Origin: Candidatus Saccharimonadota bacterium
Lineage (GTDB): Bacteria > Patescibacteriota > Gracilibacteria > UBA1369 > 2-02-FULL-48-14
Reading direction: 5' to 3'
NCBI GenBank assembly: GCA_041661045.1
Contig: JBAZVE010000001.1
Span: forward strand, 660,001-692,000
DNA length: 32,000 nt
A program made the position numbers and the translations under genes. A model generated the notes under the pieces. The model searched no databases and was not told where the DNA came from. It saw only the letters and a list, made by a program, of their open reading frames with translations. This document shows positions 9,001 to 15,554 of the stretch, piece after piece. Each line of letters opens with the position of its first letter. The stretch's first letter is position 1.

Positions 9001-10269
9001 AAATACTCCATTATTCCTGTAAAAATTTTCAGCGAGATCTAAAAGTGGATCAAAATCAGGCTCTTTGCTTAAGTAGACTTCGACCAGAATGGCCATTACT
9101 CCGTAAACCATTCCAGGCACTTTGCTTACGCCTTTACCTCTGGACAAGCACCGTTTTGGGTCTAGGTTCATGAGTTCTAATAGGTCTTGAGGGCTCAAGG
9201 CTTGCAATTGTTCTCTTATGTCATCCTGTTCAACTTCATCAAAAGCAGAAAGCATTGCGGCACGCCACCATTCATCCTTGAGGTTGGAAGTTAAGCCCTC
9301 GACATTCACATTTGAAGCGAAAATGCCGCTGGATAGAGTGGGGTCATCGTAAACGATGTCTTTAGGGTTGATGTAATCATTACCACTAAGGTGGAAGTTC
9401 ATCCATCGGGTAGGTATTTCCCACTCCACGCGTTTCCGATGAAAATCTGAATGTTTTGCGGGTGATAATGTGTGTTTGGGATCGTAGCGGAGTGTGCTGG
9501 AATAAAACGCTCGTCGTAAACGCTTAAGCTGCTGAAGGCGACGGGTGGTCATGGGATGGGTACTAAGAAGAGAACTGAAGACGATAGTTTCGGCTGCTTT
9601 AAGAGCTTTTCCTTGTTCCGAATCGAGTATTTCGTGGGCGTCGATTACACATTGTGGGTCTACCCCTAATCTAGTCATCAAGTACACAGACAGTCGATCT
9701 ACGCAGTACTCTTCTTCATAGCTATCAATGTGGTTAAGAAGGAATTCTGTAGCTGCGCTTGCTATTTCGAGATGTTCTTTGTTCGAGAAAAACAGATGTG
9801 CCAATTCGTGAGCCAATACCCCCAATATTTTGTCATGTTCGTAGTTGAGTGAATGGATTAGGGATGAGGAAATGTAAACTGTGCGAGTGGTTTTTACGAT
9901 GGATGCATTGGGTACATTATCTTCGTCTTCATAAACTCTTATATTTTGAATCAAACCTGGGTATCCTGCCACTTCACTCAGTTCATCCACTATCGATTTA
10001 AGCTCGGTTAATATCGGGTGATCTTCTCTTAACACCACGCTAAAATTTCTGACATTGGCATCGAACCCTTCACCTAAGACGCGGTCTTCATTTGATGGTT
10101 CTATGATGGGGAGTTCGGCAATGGGTGGGTAGGTCTTTTTTGCCGTGACACTCACCAAGGCTTCCTTAAAGGCAAGGTCAGATTGGACTTTAGTGAAATC
10201 TGTAGAATCTGGAGCTTGAGCTTGCTTACCCATTTCCTCCAAATGGGTGGGTTTCTTTTTATCACTCAT
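6010..10269 (-). CDS. giant multidomain protein: N-terminal M48-like Zn-metalloprotease module, ~790-aa unknown middle, C-terminal UbiB/ABC1-family atypical kinase module
   Basis: Uninterrupted 1419-aa ORF. The N-terminal module has HELAH at nt 9796-9810, followed by EEEYCVDRL and STHPMTTRRLQQL (M48/HtpX-type order). The C-terminal 375 aa (nt 6013-7137) carry KAGQ (7123-7134, the KxGQ signature), VAYKK, HADLNPGN (6433-6456) and IDPGNLGQL, matching UbiB motifs such as HADMHPGN. Confidence 0.8.
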   Translation of the reverse strand: MSDKKKPTHLEEMGKQAQAPDSTDFTKVQSDLAFKEALVSVTAKKTYPPIAELPIIEPSNEDRVLGEGFDANVRNFSVVLREDHPILTELKSIVDELSEVAGYPGLIQNIRVYEDEDNVPNASIVKTTRTVYISSSLIHSLNYEHDKILGVLAHELAHLFFSNKEHLEIASAATEFLLNHIDSYEEEYCVDRLSVYLMTRLGVDPQCVIDAHEILDSEQGKALKAAETIVFSSLLSTHPMTTRRLQQLKRLRRAFYSSTLRYDPKHTLSPAKHSDFHRKRVEWEIPTRWMNFHLSGNDYINPKDIVYDDPTLSSGIFASNVNVEGLTSNLKDEWWRAAMLSAFDEVEQDDIREQLQALSPQDLLELMNLDPKRCLSRGKGVSKVPGMVYGVMAILVEVYLSKEPDFDPLLDLAENFYRNNGVFFPYIAHDAARELLKAKDRQWFEEKLSRYGFIAEEFFGTMYLNKDWQLSYTGGKIASPRSTAPRPLYSSNFSVRIQEGKKSFLGKIVLVSNGDSIQIEKNKHEYFVVRIPAQLLIGKPKDEVEEILKEQGIEFDVVDLHDYWIKTIHDTIHALSNESEASAFFDEQMKRRAFNVAARATLGDHEISDLNFWEDPRMMVGALGEETALAYFSGTKRRAVPYTESLSSVGFAVEDLFWEFSSHYKDWLTKTGTEAIDYLVGCYSSQCLERDLWLMRSVGWPTIHYTHEIETVVTKIQALEDPNLLTRFARHFKNPIFILAASSRLWELKDQCIIPFDETYLNEVLAEVPPHLRANRALKELISCFPYPCAERDEKLRTLIDQAQTEEDTLALSKLYQTPALLSTEKRKRQTVVRTETLMDTIEKVDSLDREEILLYLLGKRRFLFKATNLYLEENIYEFKKVTPYRIQALYGNLKEQSLKFAKGYELDDFLLSKPSLGVMIELSLGINLEEAMRAGVSFSKQDRINLLTELLIAPKGAMNGKRKEKFVQEVVRLLVDRKEGVTNQLDENGRQACKSLLNVFLLTCPQEKLPAIFHDIWTLMTSDNIHSVPEALASIMQAYGGIMIKAGQYIATQVRDLPEEWRHAFRKLSDQNQHADKVLVYELSNQAFGGRSPLKEIGRKIAEGSMAAVYEAELHSGERVAYKKIHSWLDLELEEDAQVLASLVEHFNTATHSGKRLFPISLPTNLATIVKQQIKEELSMGNERNNYESLNAGLHIERIEGIRTPLVKRGLLDSADQPVTQSEDALILELIKGCSIDDDGAIGKLGLDPKALKKEVALANLRLILSGKSYHADLNPGNMIIQRKSGPTSASIVWIDPGNLGQLSTEAVTNLRNLFKKLINPLASKPMALGLFLASIIEQSAHPDLKDKINVWLQRHGSEKVSLASLNQNVTEFFDFCRSEQIELKEEWVHCFRALGLMAPFLQELELKDLMKLAPLLV

Positions 10270-10303
10270 TCATGCGGGATTAACTGCTGTGTGGCATCCC
10301 TTA

Positions 10304-10332
10304 ATTATAGCATATTTTAAAAGGTTCCACAA
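10304..10332 (-). promoter_or_regulatory. candidate extended -10 promoter for the giant ORF (TTGTGG-17 nt-TGC-TATAAT on the minus strand)
   Basis: Read on the minus strand: TTGTGG (10332-10327), a 17-nt spacer ending in TGC (10312-10310), then a perfect TATAAT (10309-10304). This lies 34 nt upstream of ATG 10269. A weak hairpin, AGGTT-TGTGG-AACCT (10322-10336), overlaps the -35 region and could act as a leaky terminator after the 137-aa gene. Confidence 0.4.
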
Positions 10333-10389
10333 ACCTGTTTGTGCTGAGCACTTAATCTGTAAATAATGGCTACTTATTGTTCTTTCTCC

Positions 10390-10803
10390 TTATTTGCCTT
10401 TCTTTTCAACCTTAACTATGGGAAGTCGTTTCACCAAAACTTGTTTTCCCTCAAAAAGAATCTGCAGTTCAATGTTTTCCCAAGTCTCTATTTTAAGACC
10501 TTGAATGCCCCAAAAATGCATGTGAGAGATGAGTGGTTTTTCCACTTCCTTTTCCATGCTGGATTTTGCGAGCACCTTGTCTTCCTGCATCAGTGCGAAA
10601 GAAATATTGTGCTTTCCTTTTGGAATCAGAATTTTGGACACCACGAACATTTGAGGATGCATGGCCGGCACTTGTTCCGCCATGATGCGGTCAAAGATGC
10701 CCACCAAATTGACTTTTCCATCCATAGACATGGAGGCGTAGTCGCAGAACACGGCGTATTCAATGGGTTGGATGCGGACACTTTTTTTAGGTTCGTCGGG
10801 CAT
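10390..10803 (-). CDS. hypothetical protein, 137 aa, immediately downstream of dnaK
   Basis: ATG at 10803, 28 nt after the dnaK stop, on the same strand. The sequence looks beta-rich (IEYAVFCDYASMSMDGKVNLVGIFDRI...FVVSKILIPKGKHNISFALM) with a Lys-rich tail VKVEKKGK. It has no J-domain HPD motif and no alpha-crystallin signature. Confidence 0.7.
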   Translation of the reverse strand: MPDEPKKSVRIQPIEYAVFCDYASMSMDGKVNLVGIFDRIMAEQVPAMHPQMFVVSKILIPKGKHNISFALMQEDKVLAKSSMEKEVEKPLISHMHFWGIQGLKIETWENIELQILFEGKQVLVKRLPIVKVEKKGK

Positions 10804-10831
10804 AGAGATTCTGTTAAAAGTTATTTAAAAA

Positions 10832-12760
10832 TTATTCCTCCTTCTTGTCTTCTGGCTCCTCTCCCTTTTCATAGACCTTTACCTCCGGATCTTCGCTTGT
10901 AGCCGCACCTTCGCCCGCAGGGCCTTCAGCATCTTCAGCCCCTGGGGCACCTGCGCCGGGTTGGCTGTACATGCTGGCGCCGATTTTTTGGATTTCTTCG
11001 GCGAGGGATTCGTGCTTGGTTTTTAAGTCTTCGGGAGAAGTTTCGGCGTTGGCAAGGGCGTCTTTGAGATCTTTGAGCTTGGCGTCCACGCCGGTTTTTA
11101 CATCGGCGGGTACTTTTTCACCCAAGTCTTTGAGTGTTCGTTCCGTTTGGGAAACCAGAGATTCCGCGTTCACTCGAATTTCCACACTGTCTTTCTTTTT
11201 CTTATCTTCTTCGGCAAATTTTTCCGCCTCTTCTTTCATCTTTTCAATTTCTTCTTTGGAGAGTCCGCCGGATCCGGTGATGGTGATGTGTTGGCTTTTC
11301 CCGCTGGCTTTGTCCACTGCTTTTACATGCAGGATTCCGTTGGCGTCGATGTCAAAAGACACTTCGATTTGAGGCACTCCGCGGGGTGCGGGAGGGATTC
11401 CGTCCAGTCCAAAATTTCCGAGCAATTTGTTGTCTGCGGCCATGGGGCGTTCCCCTTGAAAGACGCGAACATCCACGGATGGTTGGCTGTCTGCCGCAGT
11501 GGAAAACACTTGTGACTTGCTGGTGGGGATGGTGGTGTTTTTTTCGATGAGTTTGGTCATCACTCCTCCAAGCGTTTCGATTCCGAGAGAAAGTGGAATG
11601 ACATCCAAGAGCAAAATATCTTTCACATCGCCCTGCAAAACTCCCCCTTGAATGGCGGCACCCAAGGCCACCACTTCGTCAGGATTGATTCCACGGTGAG
11701 GTTCTTTTCCAAAAATTTCTTTGGCTTTGGCTTGGACGGCGGGCATGCGGGTCATTCCTCCCACGAGCACCACTTCCGCAATATCGCTCACAAAAACTTT
11801 TGAGTCTTCAATGGCTTGCTTACACGGTTTGGTGCAGCGCTCCACGAGTTCCGCGGTGAGGTCTTCCAACTTGCTTCGGCTGAGTTTCATCACCAAGTGT
11901 TTTGGACCATTCTTGTCCGCGGTGATGAAGGGTAAATTGATGTCGGTTTCGTGTTGAGAGGAAAGCTCGATCTTTGCTTTTTCGGCCGCTTCTTTGAGGC
12001 GTTGCAGTGCCACATTGTCGCTTTTGAGGTCGATGCCTTCTTGTTTTTTGAATTCATCAGCGAGGTAATCCATGAGCACCATATCAAAATCATCTCCTCC
12101 CAAAAAGGTGTCTCCATTGGTGGACAGCACCTGGAAAACGCCGTCTCCCAATTCCAAAATGGAGATATCAAAAGTTCCTCCTCCAAGGTCGAATACGGCA
12201 ATCTTCTTTTCACCCACATGTTTGTCCAGACCATAAGCCAGAGCGGCCGCGGTGGGTTCGTTGATGATTCTTTCGACTTTGAGACCGGCAATTTCTCCCG
12301 CATCTTTTGTGGCTTGTCGTTGAGAGTCGTTGAAGTAAGCGGGCACGGTGATGACCGCTCGAGTGACCTCTCCGCCCAGATATTTTTCTGCGTCGGCCTT
12401 CACTTTTTGCAAGACCATGGCAGAGATTTCTTGAGGTTGTTTTTCTTCACCGTCGAGCACAATCACAGCCTCCCCATTTTTTCCTTTTTTCACTTCAAAA
12501 GGGAAGCGGTCGGTGATTTTTTTCACTTCGTCGTATTTGCGACCGATGAGCCGTTTTGCGGAGAAAATGGTGTTTCGTTCATTCATCACCATTTGGCGTT
12601 TTGCAGGTTCACCCACGAGTCTTTCTTTGTCCTTTATCGCCACAATAGAAGGGGTGGTTTGCTTGCCCTCGCTATTGGCGATTACGGTGGGTTCACCACC
12701 TTCCATTACTGCAAAACAGGTGTTGGTGGTTCCAAGGTCGATTCCAATGATTTTTGACAT
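10832..12760 (-). CDS. dnaK: molecular chaperone DnaK (Hsp70)
   Basis: The ORF track extends to 12805, but the conserved N-terminus [14 protein letters not shown] begins at ATG 12760 and the extra 15 codons run into the promoter/CIRCE region. Motifs present: [22 protein letters not shown], and an acidic C-terminal tail. 642 aa. Confidence 0.97.
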   Translation of the reverse strand: MSKIIGIDLGTTNTCFAVMEGGEPTVIANSEGKQTTPSIVAIKDKERLVGEPAKRQMVMNERNTIFSAKRLIGRKYDEVKKITDRFPFEVKKGKNGEAVIVLDGEEKQPQEISAMVLQKVKADAEKYLGGEVTRAVITVPAYFNDSQRQATKDAGEIAGLKVERIINEPTAAALAYGLDKHVGEKKIAVFDLGGGTFDISILELGDGVFQVLSTNGDTFLGGDDFDMVLMDYLADEFKKQEGIDLKSDNVALQRLKEAAEKAKIELSSQHETDINLPFITADKNGPKHLVMKLSRSKLEDLTAELVERCTKPCKQAIEDSKVFVSDIAEVVLVGGMTRMPAVQAKAKEIFGKEPHRGINPDEVVALGAAIQGGVLQGDVKDILLLDVIPLSLGIETLGGVMTKLIEKNTTIPTSKSQVFSTAADSQPSVDVRVFQGERPMAADNKLLGNFGLDGIPPAPRGVPQIEVSFDIDANGILHVKAVDKASGKSQHITITGSGGLSKEEIEKMKEEAEKFAEEDKKKKDSVEIRVNAESLVSQTERTLKDLGEKVPADVKTGVDAKLKDLKDALANAETSPEDLKTKHESLAEEIQKIGASMYSQPGAGAPGAEDAEGPAGEGAATSEDPEVKVYEKGEEPEDKKEE

Positions 12761-12798
12761 AGGTTTTTGAATTAATGTGCGCCGCGCGCGTGTTAAAA

Positions 12799-12825
12799 TT
12801 AGCACTCACTATATTAGTGTGCTAA
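12799..12825 (-). promoter_or_regulatory. CIRCE operator (HrcA binding site) upstream of dnaK
   Basis: TTAGCACTC-ACTATATTA-GTGTGCTAA matches 17 of the 18 arm positions of the CIRCE consensus TTAGCACTC-N9-GAGTGCTAA. It lies 38 nt upstream of the dnaK ATG, and hrcA is encoded 0.8 kb upstream. Confidence 0.9.
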
Positions 12826-12839
12826 TGGTCTAGCGTCAA
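12811..12839 (-). promoter_or_regulatory. sigma-70-type promoter of dnaK interleaved with CIRCE (TTGACG-17 nt-TAATAT)
   Basis: Read on the minus strand: TTGACG (12839-12834), a 17-nt spacer, TAATAT (12816-12811). The -10 hexamer lies inside the 9-nt CIRCE spacer. Confidence 0.6.
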
Positions 12840-12849
12840 GGGCGAAATT

Positions 12850-13104
12850 TTATTCGGGGAGAATGCGGGTTCCTCTAACGCTTCTTCTCACTTCATCACT
12901 TGCGCCTGGCACTTCTCGTAAGGCTGGATCAAGGTTAACGCGCCCACCTTCACCGTAGTCCACCCTTGGACCTTCCGATCTGCTGCAATCCATGCCTTCG
13001 AAATTTTCTCTGTGCAGCCGACTCCTGTCTTCCTCAGTCAATTCGTGGTTGTAGTGCTCTCTAAAATCTACCAAATTCGGGTCTTCAAGTGGATTGTATG
13101 CCAT
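12850..13104 (-). CDS. hypothetical small, highly charged protein (84 aa) between grpE and dnaK
   Basis: ATG 13104 lies 11 nt after the grpE stop on the same strand. The stop at 12850 lies just upstream of the dnaK promoter/CIRCE. The sequence is rich in E/R/D/G/P (MAYNPLEDPNLVDFREHYNHELTEEDRSRLHRENFEG...) and looks disordered. No known motif, so coding status is uncertain. Confidence 0.45.
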   Translation of the reverse strand: MAYNPLEDPNLVDFREHYNHELTEEDRSRLHRENFEGMDCSRSEGPRVDYGEGGRVNLDPALREVPGASDEVRRSVRGTRILPE

Positions 13105-13115
13105 CTTTTTGTGGT

Positions 13116-13619
13116 TTATTGATTAGTGGTGGATTCCGTCGTTCTCCCCACGCTTACTTTGGCGGGGCGGATGGTTTTTCCTTTGAAAGAATAGCCTTTT
13201 TCGAAGATTTGGACAACGGTGCCGGTGGGGCCTTCCTCTTCCATGAGGACTTCGTGGATTTGTGGGTTGGCGGGGATTCCGGCTTGGTCAATCACCTGGA
13301 GCCCGAGCGAAGCGAGGGCGCTCATGAGGTTGCTTTCAATACCTTGGATGCCTTTTATCCATTCCTCTTCTTCCAGATCTTCCGGCACCAATTCAAAGGC
13401 GCGAGCAAAATTATCTAAAGCTGGAAAAATGGCTTCCAAGAGTCTTGCGTTGGCGAAGACTTGGAGCTCACTGCGTTCTTCTTCGGTGCGCCGTTTGAAG
13501 TTTTGCAAGTCCGCTAAAGCTCGTTTGGCGGTCTCCGTCATTTCGTTCAAATCGGCCTGAACTTTGGCAAGTTCTTCCTGTAATTTTAGGAGATCGTTTT
13601 GAGTGGTGTCGTCTGTCAT
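13116..13619 (-). CDS. grpE: nucleotide exchange factor GrpE
   Basis: 167 aa. An N-terminal coiled coil ([18 protein letters not shown]) is followed by the GrpE signature region [19 protein letters not shown]...[15 protein letters not shown] and a C-terminal beta domain ([21 protein letters not shown]). Its start overlaps the hrcA stop in an ATGA (13616-13619). Confidence 0.93.
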   Translation of the reverse strand: MTDDTTQNDLLKLQEELAKVQADLNEMTETAKRALADLQNFKRRTEEERSELQVFANARLLEAIFPALDNFARAFELVPEDLEEEEWIKGIQGIESNLMSALASLGLQVIDQAGIPANPQIHEVLMEEEGPTGTVVQIFEKGYSFKGKTIRPAKVSVGRTTESTTNQ

Positions 13620-14341
13620 AGTTGATTGCTTTCTAAAAGGTTACGGACTTCGGTAAGGATGGCGGTGTTGTAGGCATAGGGCATCCGTTTGGGGCCAATG
13701 ATCCCAATGGCGCCCACATAGCCATCGTATTCGTAGCTTGCAACAATGAGGGAGCAACTGTCAATTCCCGGTAAAATATTTTCTTCACCAATCAGGATTT
13801 TTGGCTCATGCTCCACCCCTAAGCTTTTTATGCCCAATAGAAAATGATCACGATCTTCAATCACTTCCATCACTTGGCTCGCCTTGAGCGGGGATTCTAA
13901 AAATTCCCGTTGGCGGAGCATTTTTGAAAAGCCCATGAAGAAAGTTTTGCTGCTGTCCGGAATGGTGGCAAAGACCATGTTGGGAGTGGCCTGGGAGAGG
14001 AGTCCCACCGCATCGTGTACCCGTTGTTTTGCCGTGGCGGCCCTGGCTTGGTCTCGTAAGCCGGAGAGCGTTTGGTGGGCAAGAACCTTGGCACGGTCAA
14101 AATCCGCCAGTTCATCCACATAAAAACGATATCCTTTATCCGTGGGTACGCGCCCGGCGGAAGTGTGGGGCTGCATGATGAGACCCTGTTCCTCAAGCTC
14201 GGCCATATCGTTGCGTACGGTGGCCGGACTCACTTTAAAATTGTACGAAAGAATGATGGTTTTGGACCCCACCGGTTCCGCCGTTTGCACAAAATGGTCG
14301 ATGATGGCGCTTAGGATTTGATTTTTTCGATCTTCAGACAT
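13616..14341 (-). CDS. hrcA: heat-inducible transcription repressor HrcA (short form, 241 aa)
   Basis: The N-terminal winged-helix region has EPVGSKT and [39 protein letters not shown]. The C-terminal conserved block [16 protein letters not shown] is present. The protein is about 100 aa shorter than typical HrcA. Confidence 0.9.
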   Translation of the reverse strand: MSEDRKNQILSAIIDHFVQTAEPVGSKTIILSYNFKVSPATVRNDMAELEEQGLIMQPHTSAGRVPTDKGYRFYVDELADFDRAKVLAHQTLSGLRDQARAATAKQRVHDAVGLLSQATPNMVFATIPDSSKTFFMGFSKMLRQREFLESPLKASQVMEVIEDRDHFLLGIKSLGVEHEPKILIGEENILPGIDSCSLIVASYEYDGYVGAIGIIGPKRMPYAYNTAILTEVRNLLESNQL

Positions 14342-14426
14342 AGGGGCTTAGTTTAGAATGAACTTAGTGAGAAGAGCTGCTTGCCTTTAACTTAGCTCAT
14401 GGCCGGGGAGGATTCAAGTGAGGCTC

Positions 14427-14454
14427 TTGATCTTTTCTTAAAATGATCTATAAT
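14427..14454 (+). promoter_or_regulatory. candidate promoter TTGATC-16 nt-TATAAT for the cyclase-like gene
   Basis: TTGATC at 14427-14432, a 16-nt spacer, and a perfect TATAAT at 14449-14454. The first ATG of the ORF (14443) lies inside the spacer. The second in-frame ATG (14464) lies 9 nt after the -10. Confidence 0.45.
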
Positions 14455-14463
14455 ATCTCAACC

Positions 14464-15546
14464 ATGCAAACAACAGTAGAAGACATTAGTTCCAATGATT
14501 TGGCTCAGGATTGTCCCTGGGCTGCCGTTCATGCGCAAACCCTGGCACGAGCCGGTAATCGTGTGGATTTGGATGATGGTTTGTGCTCTCGAGACGCCTT
14601 GCGAGCTTTACCCCCCGGTTTTTTGTTGGCGTGGGATGTACGGGGATTTACCAAAGCTTTGGAGGCCTTGCCTCCAGAACAGCAGGTGGACTTGGCGCGA
14701 GCCATTTATGGCGAAGCGCTGAGATTTAATGCGTTAGGAGATTTGAGAATGCTTCAGCCGGTGGCGGGAGATGCAGCCTTGTATTTTTTGCCTGAAGAAA
14801 AAGAAAATCAGTTGAAAGGCCTTGTAGAAGCTTTGCGAACCATGAAGATCGATTCTCCAGGCGTTCCGCTTCCTGTCCGTGCGGCACTTGTTCATGTTGA
14901 TGAAAGAGCAGTAGTGGTCGGGTCTTTTTTTGGGCCCAAAGATCCAAGCACGGGAGTTCAATTGGGGTATGGTGCCGTGATGGGGCCCGGAATCACTCGC
15001 TTGAGTTCCATTCTTAGGAATGCGGACGAAGAAGTGAGGGTTTCTAAGCCAATAGTGCCAGGGCTTCCTCTTCCTATTGAGGTTTTTTCTGAAGGATACG
15101 AACAAGGAGATCCTGCTGATGACCGTTTGCGTCCTTTGGTGGCCCCACAATTTCCGATGAAGCCTTATAACCATGTGCTCTTGCATGCAAAGGGAAGAGT
15201 GGACCTTAAAGATCCTTTGCATTCCGCTGGCTTGGGATTGGATTTGTTTGAAGCGCTCCGTGCATCCCGTCGAATAGAACATGAAGTCGAAATGACTCCT
15301 TTGAAACAGGATGATGGGGTTTTGCATATGGCCCTTACAGGGGGGAATTCTGTATCAAGAGAAAAAGCTTTTCATACCTTCCTTGCTTATCTGGAGGAGA
15401 GTTTGGGGAGTCGAGGTATTGGTCTCCAGAGTGCCCATGCTCATATTCCAAAACCCCTTTCTGTGAGAATGGGGTTTGGAATCCAGGATGGTATTGGGCC
15501 TCAGCTTGCTCGAATGGTTCACGCTCTTAAGGGTAAAGCTCGTTAA
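14464..15546 (+). CDS. hypothetical protein with divergent class III nucleotidyl-cyclase-like (CHD/palm) core
   Basis: The ORF track gives 14443..15546 (367 aa). I prefer ATG 14464 because of the promoter geometry, but 14443 remains possible. Motifs (numbered from 14443): FLLAWDVRGFT (WDVRGFT = nt 14632-14652), VAGDAALYF (GD = 14767-14772), VRAALVHVDERAVVVGSFFG and GPGITRLSSIL. These follow the FxD[IV]xGFT / GDA / hGhHxG / VNxAxR pattern of cyclase homology domains, with the Asn not evident. Confidence 0.7.
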   Translation: MQTTVEDISSNDLAQDCPWAAVHAQTLARAGNRVDLDDGLCSRDALRALPPGFLLAWDVRGFTKALEALPPEQQVDLARAIYGEALRFNALGDLRMLQPVAGDAALYFLPEEKENQLKGLVEALRTMKIDSPGVPLPVRAALVHVDERAVVVGSFFGPKDPSTGVQLGYGAVMGPGITRLSSILRNADEEVRVSKPIVPGLPLPIEVFSEGYEQGDPADDRLRPLVAPQFPMKPYNHVLLHAKGRVDLKDPLHSAGLGLDLFEALRASRRIEHEVEMTPLKQDDGVLHMALTGGNSVSREKAFHTFLAYLEESLGSRGIGLQSAHAHIPKPLSVRMGFGIQDGIGPQLARMVHALKGKAR

Positions 15547-15554
15547 GAACTGAG

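Noticed and set aside
10366-10902. 178-aa plus-strand ORF spanning the orf137 region and the dnaK 3' end
   Set aside because: It overlaps two same-direction minus-strand genes, including the conserved dnaK C-terminus, and its sequence is Phe/His/Leu-rich. Shadow ORF.
11951-12757. 268-aa plus-strand ORF, along with 10971..11372, 11147..11515 and 12513..12770, lying opposite dnaK
   Set aside because: All are entirely antisense to a strongly conserved dnaK reading frame. Their composition is low-complexity and Phe/Ser-rich, which is typical of shadow ORFs, and they have no motifs.
14342-14442. Possible second CIRCE upstream of hrcA (GAGCTAAG, CACTAAG and AACTAAG segments)
   Set aside because: These are direct CTTAG/CTAAG repeats, not a 9-N9-9 inverted repeat, and no arm matches TTAGCACTC at better than about 5 of 9 positions.
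14734-15327. 197-aa minus-strand ORF inside the cyclase-like gene
   Set aside because: Its composition is rich in Arg/His/Ser/Phe and Cys and has no hydrophobic-core pattern, whereas the plus-strand frame carries the ordered CHD-like motifs. Less certain than the other shadow-ORF calls, but I consider the plus-strand frame the real gene.
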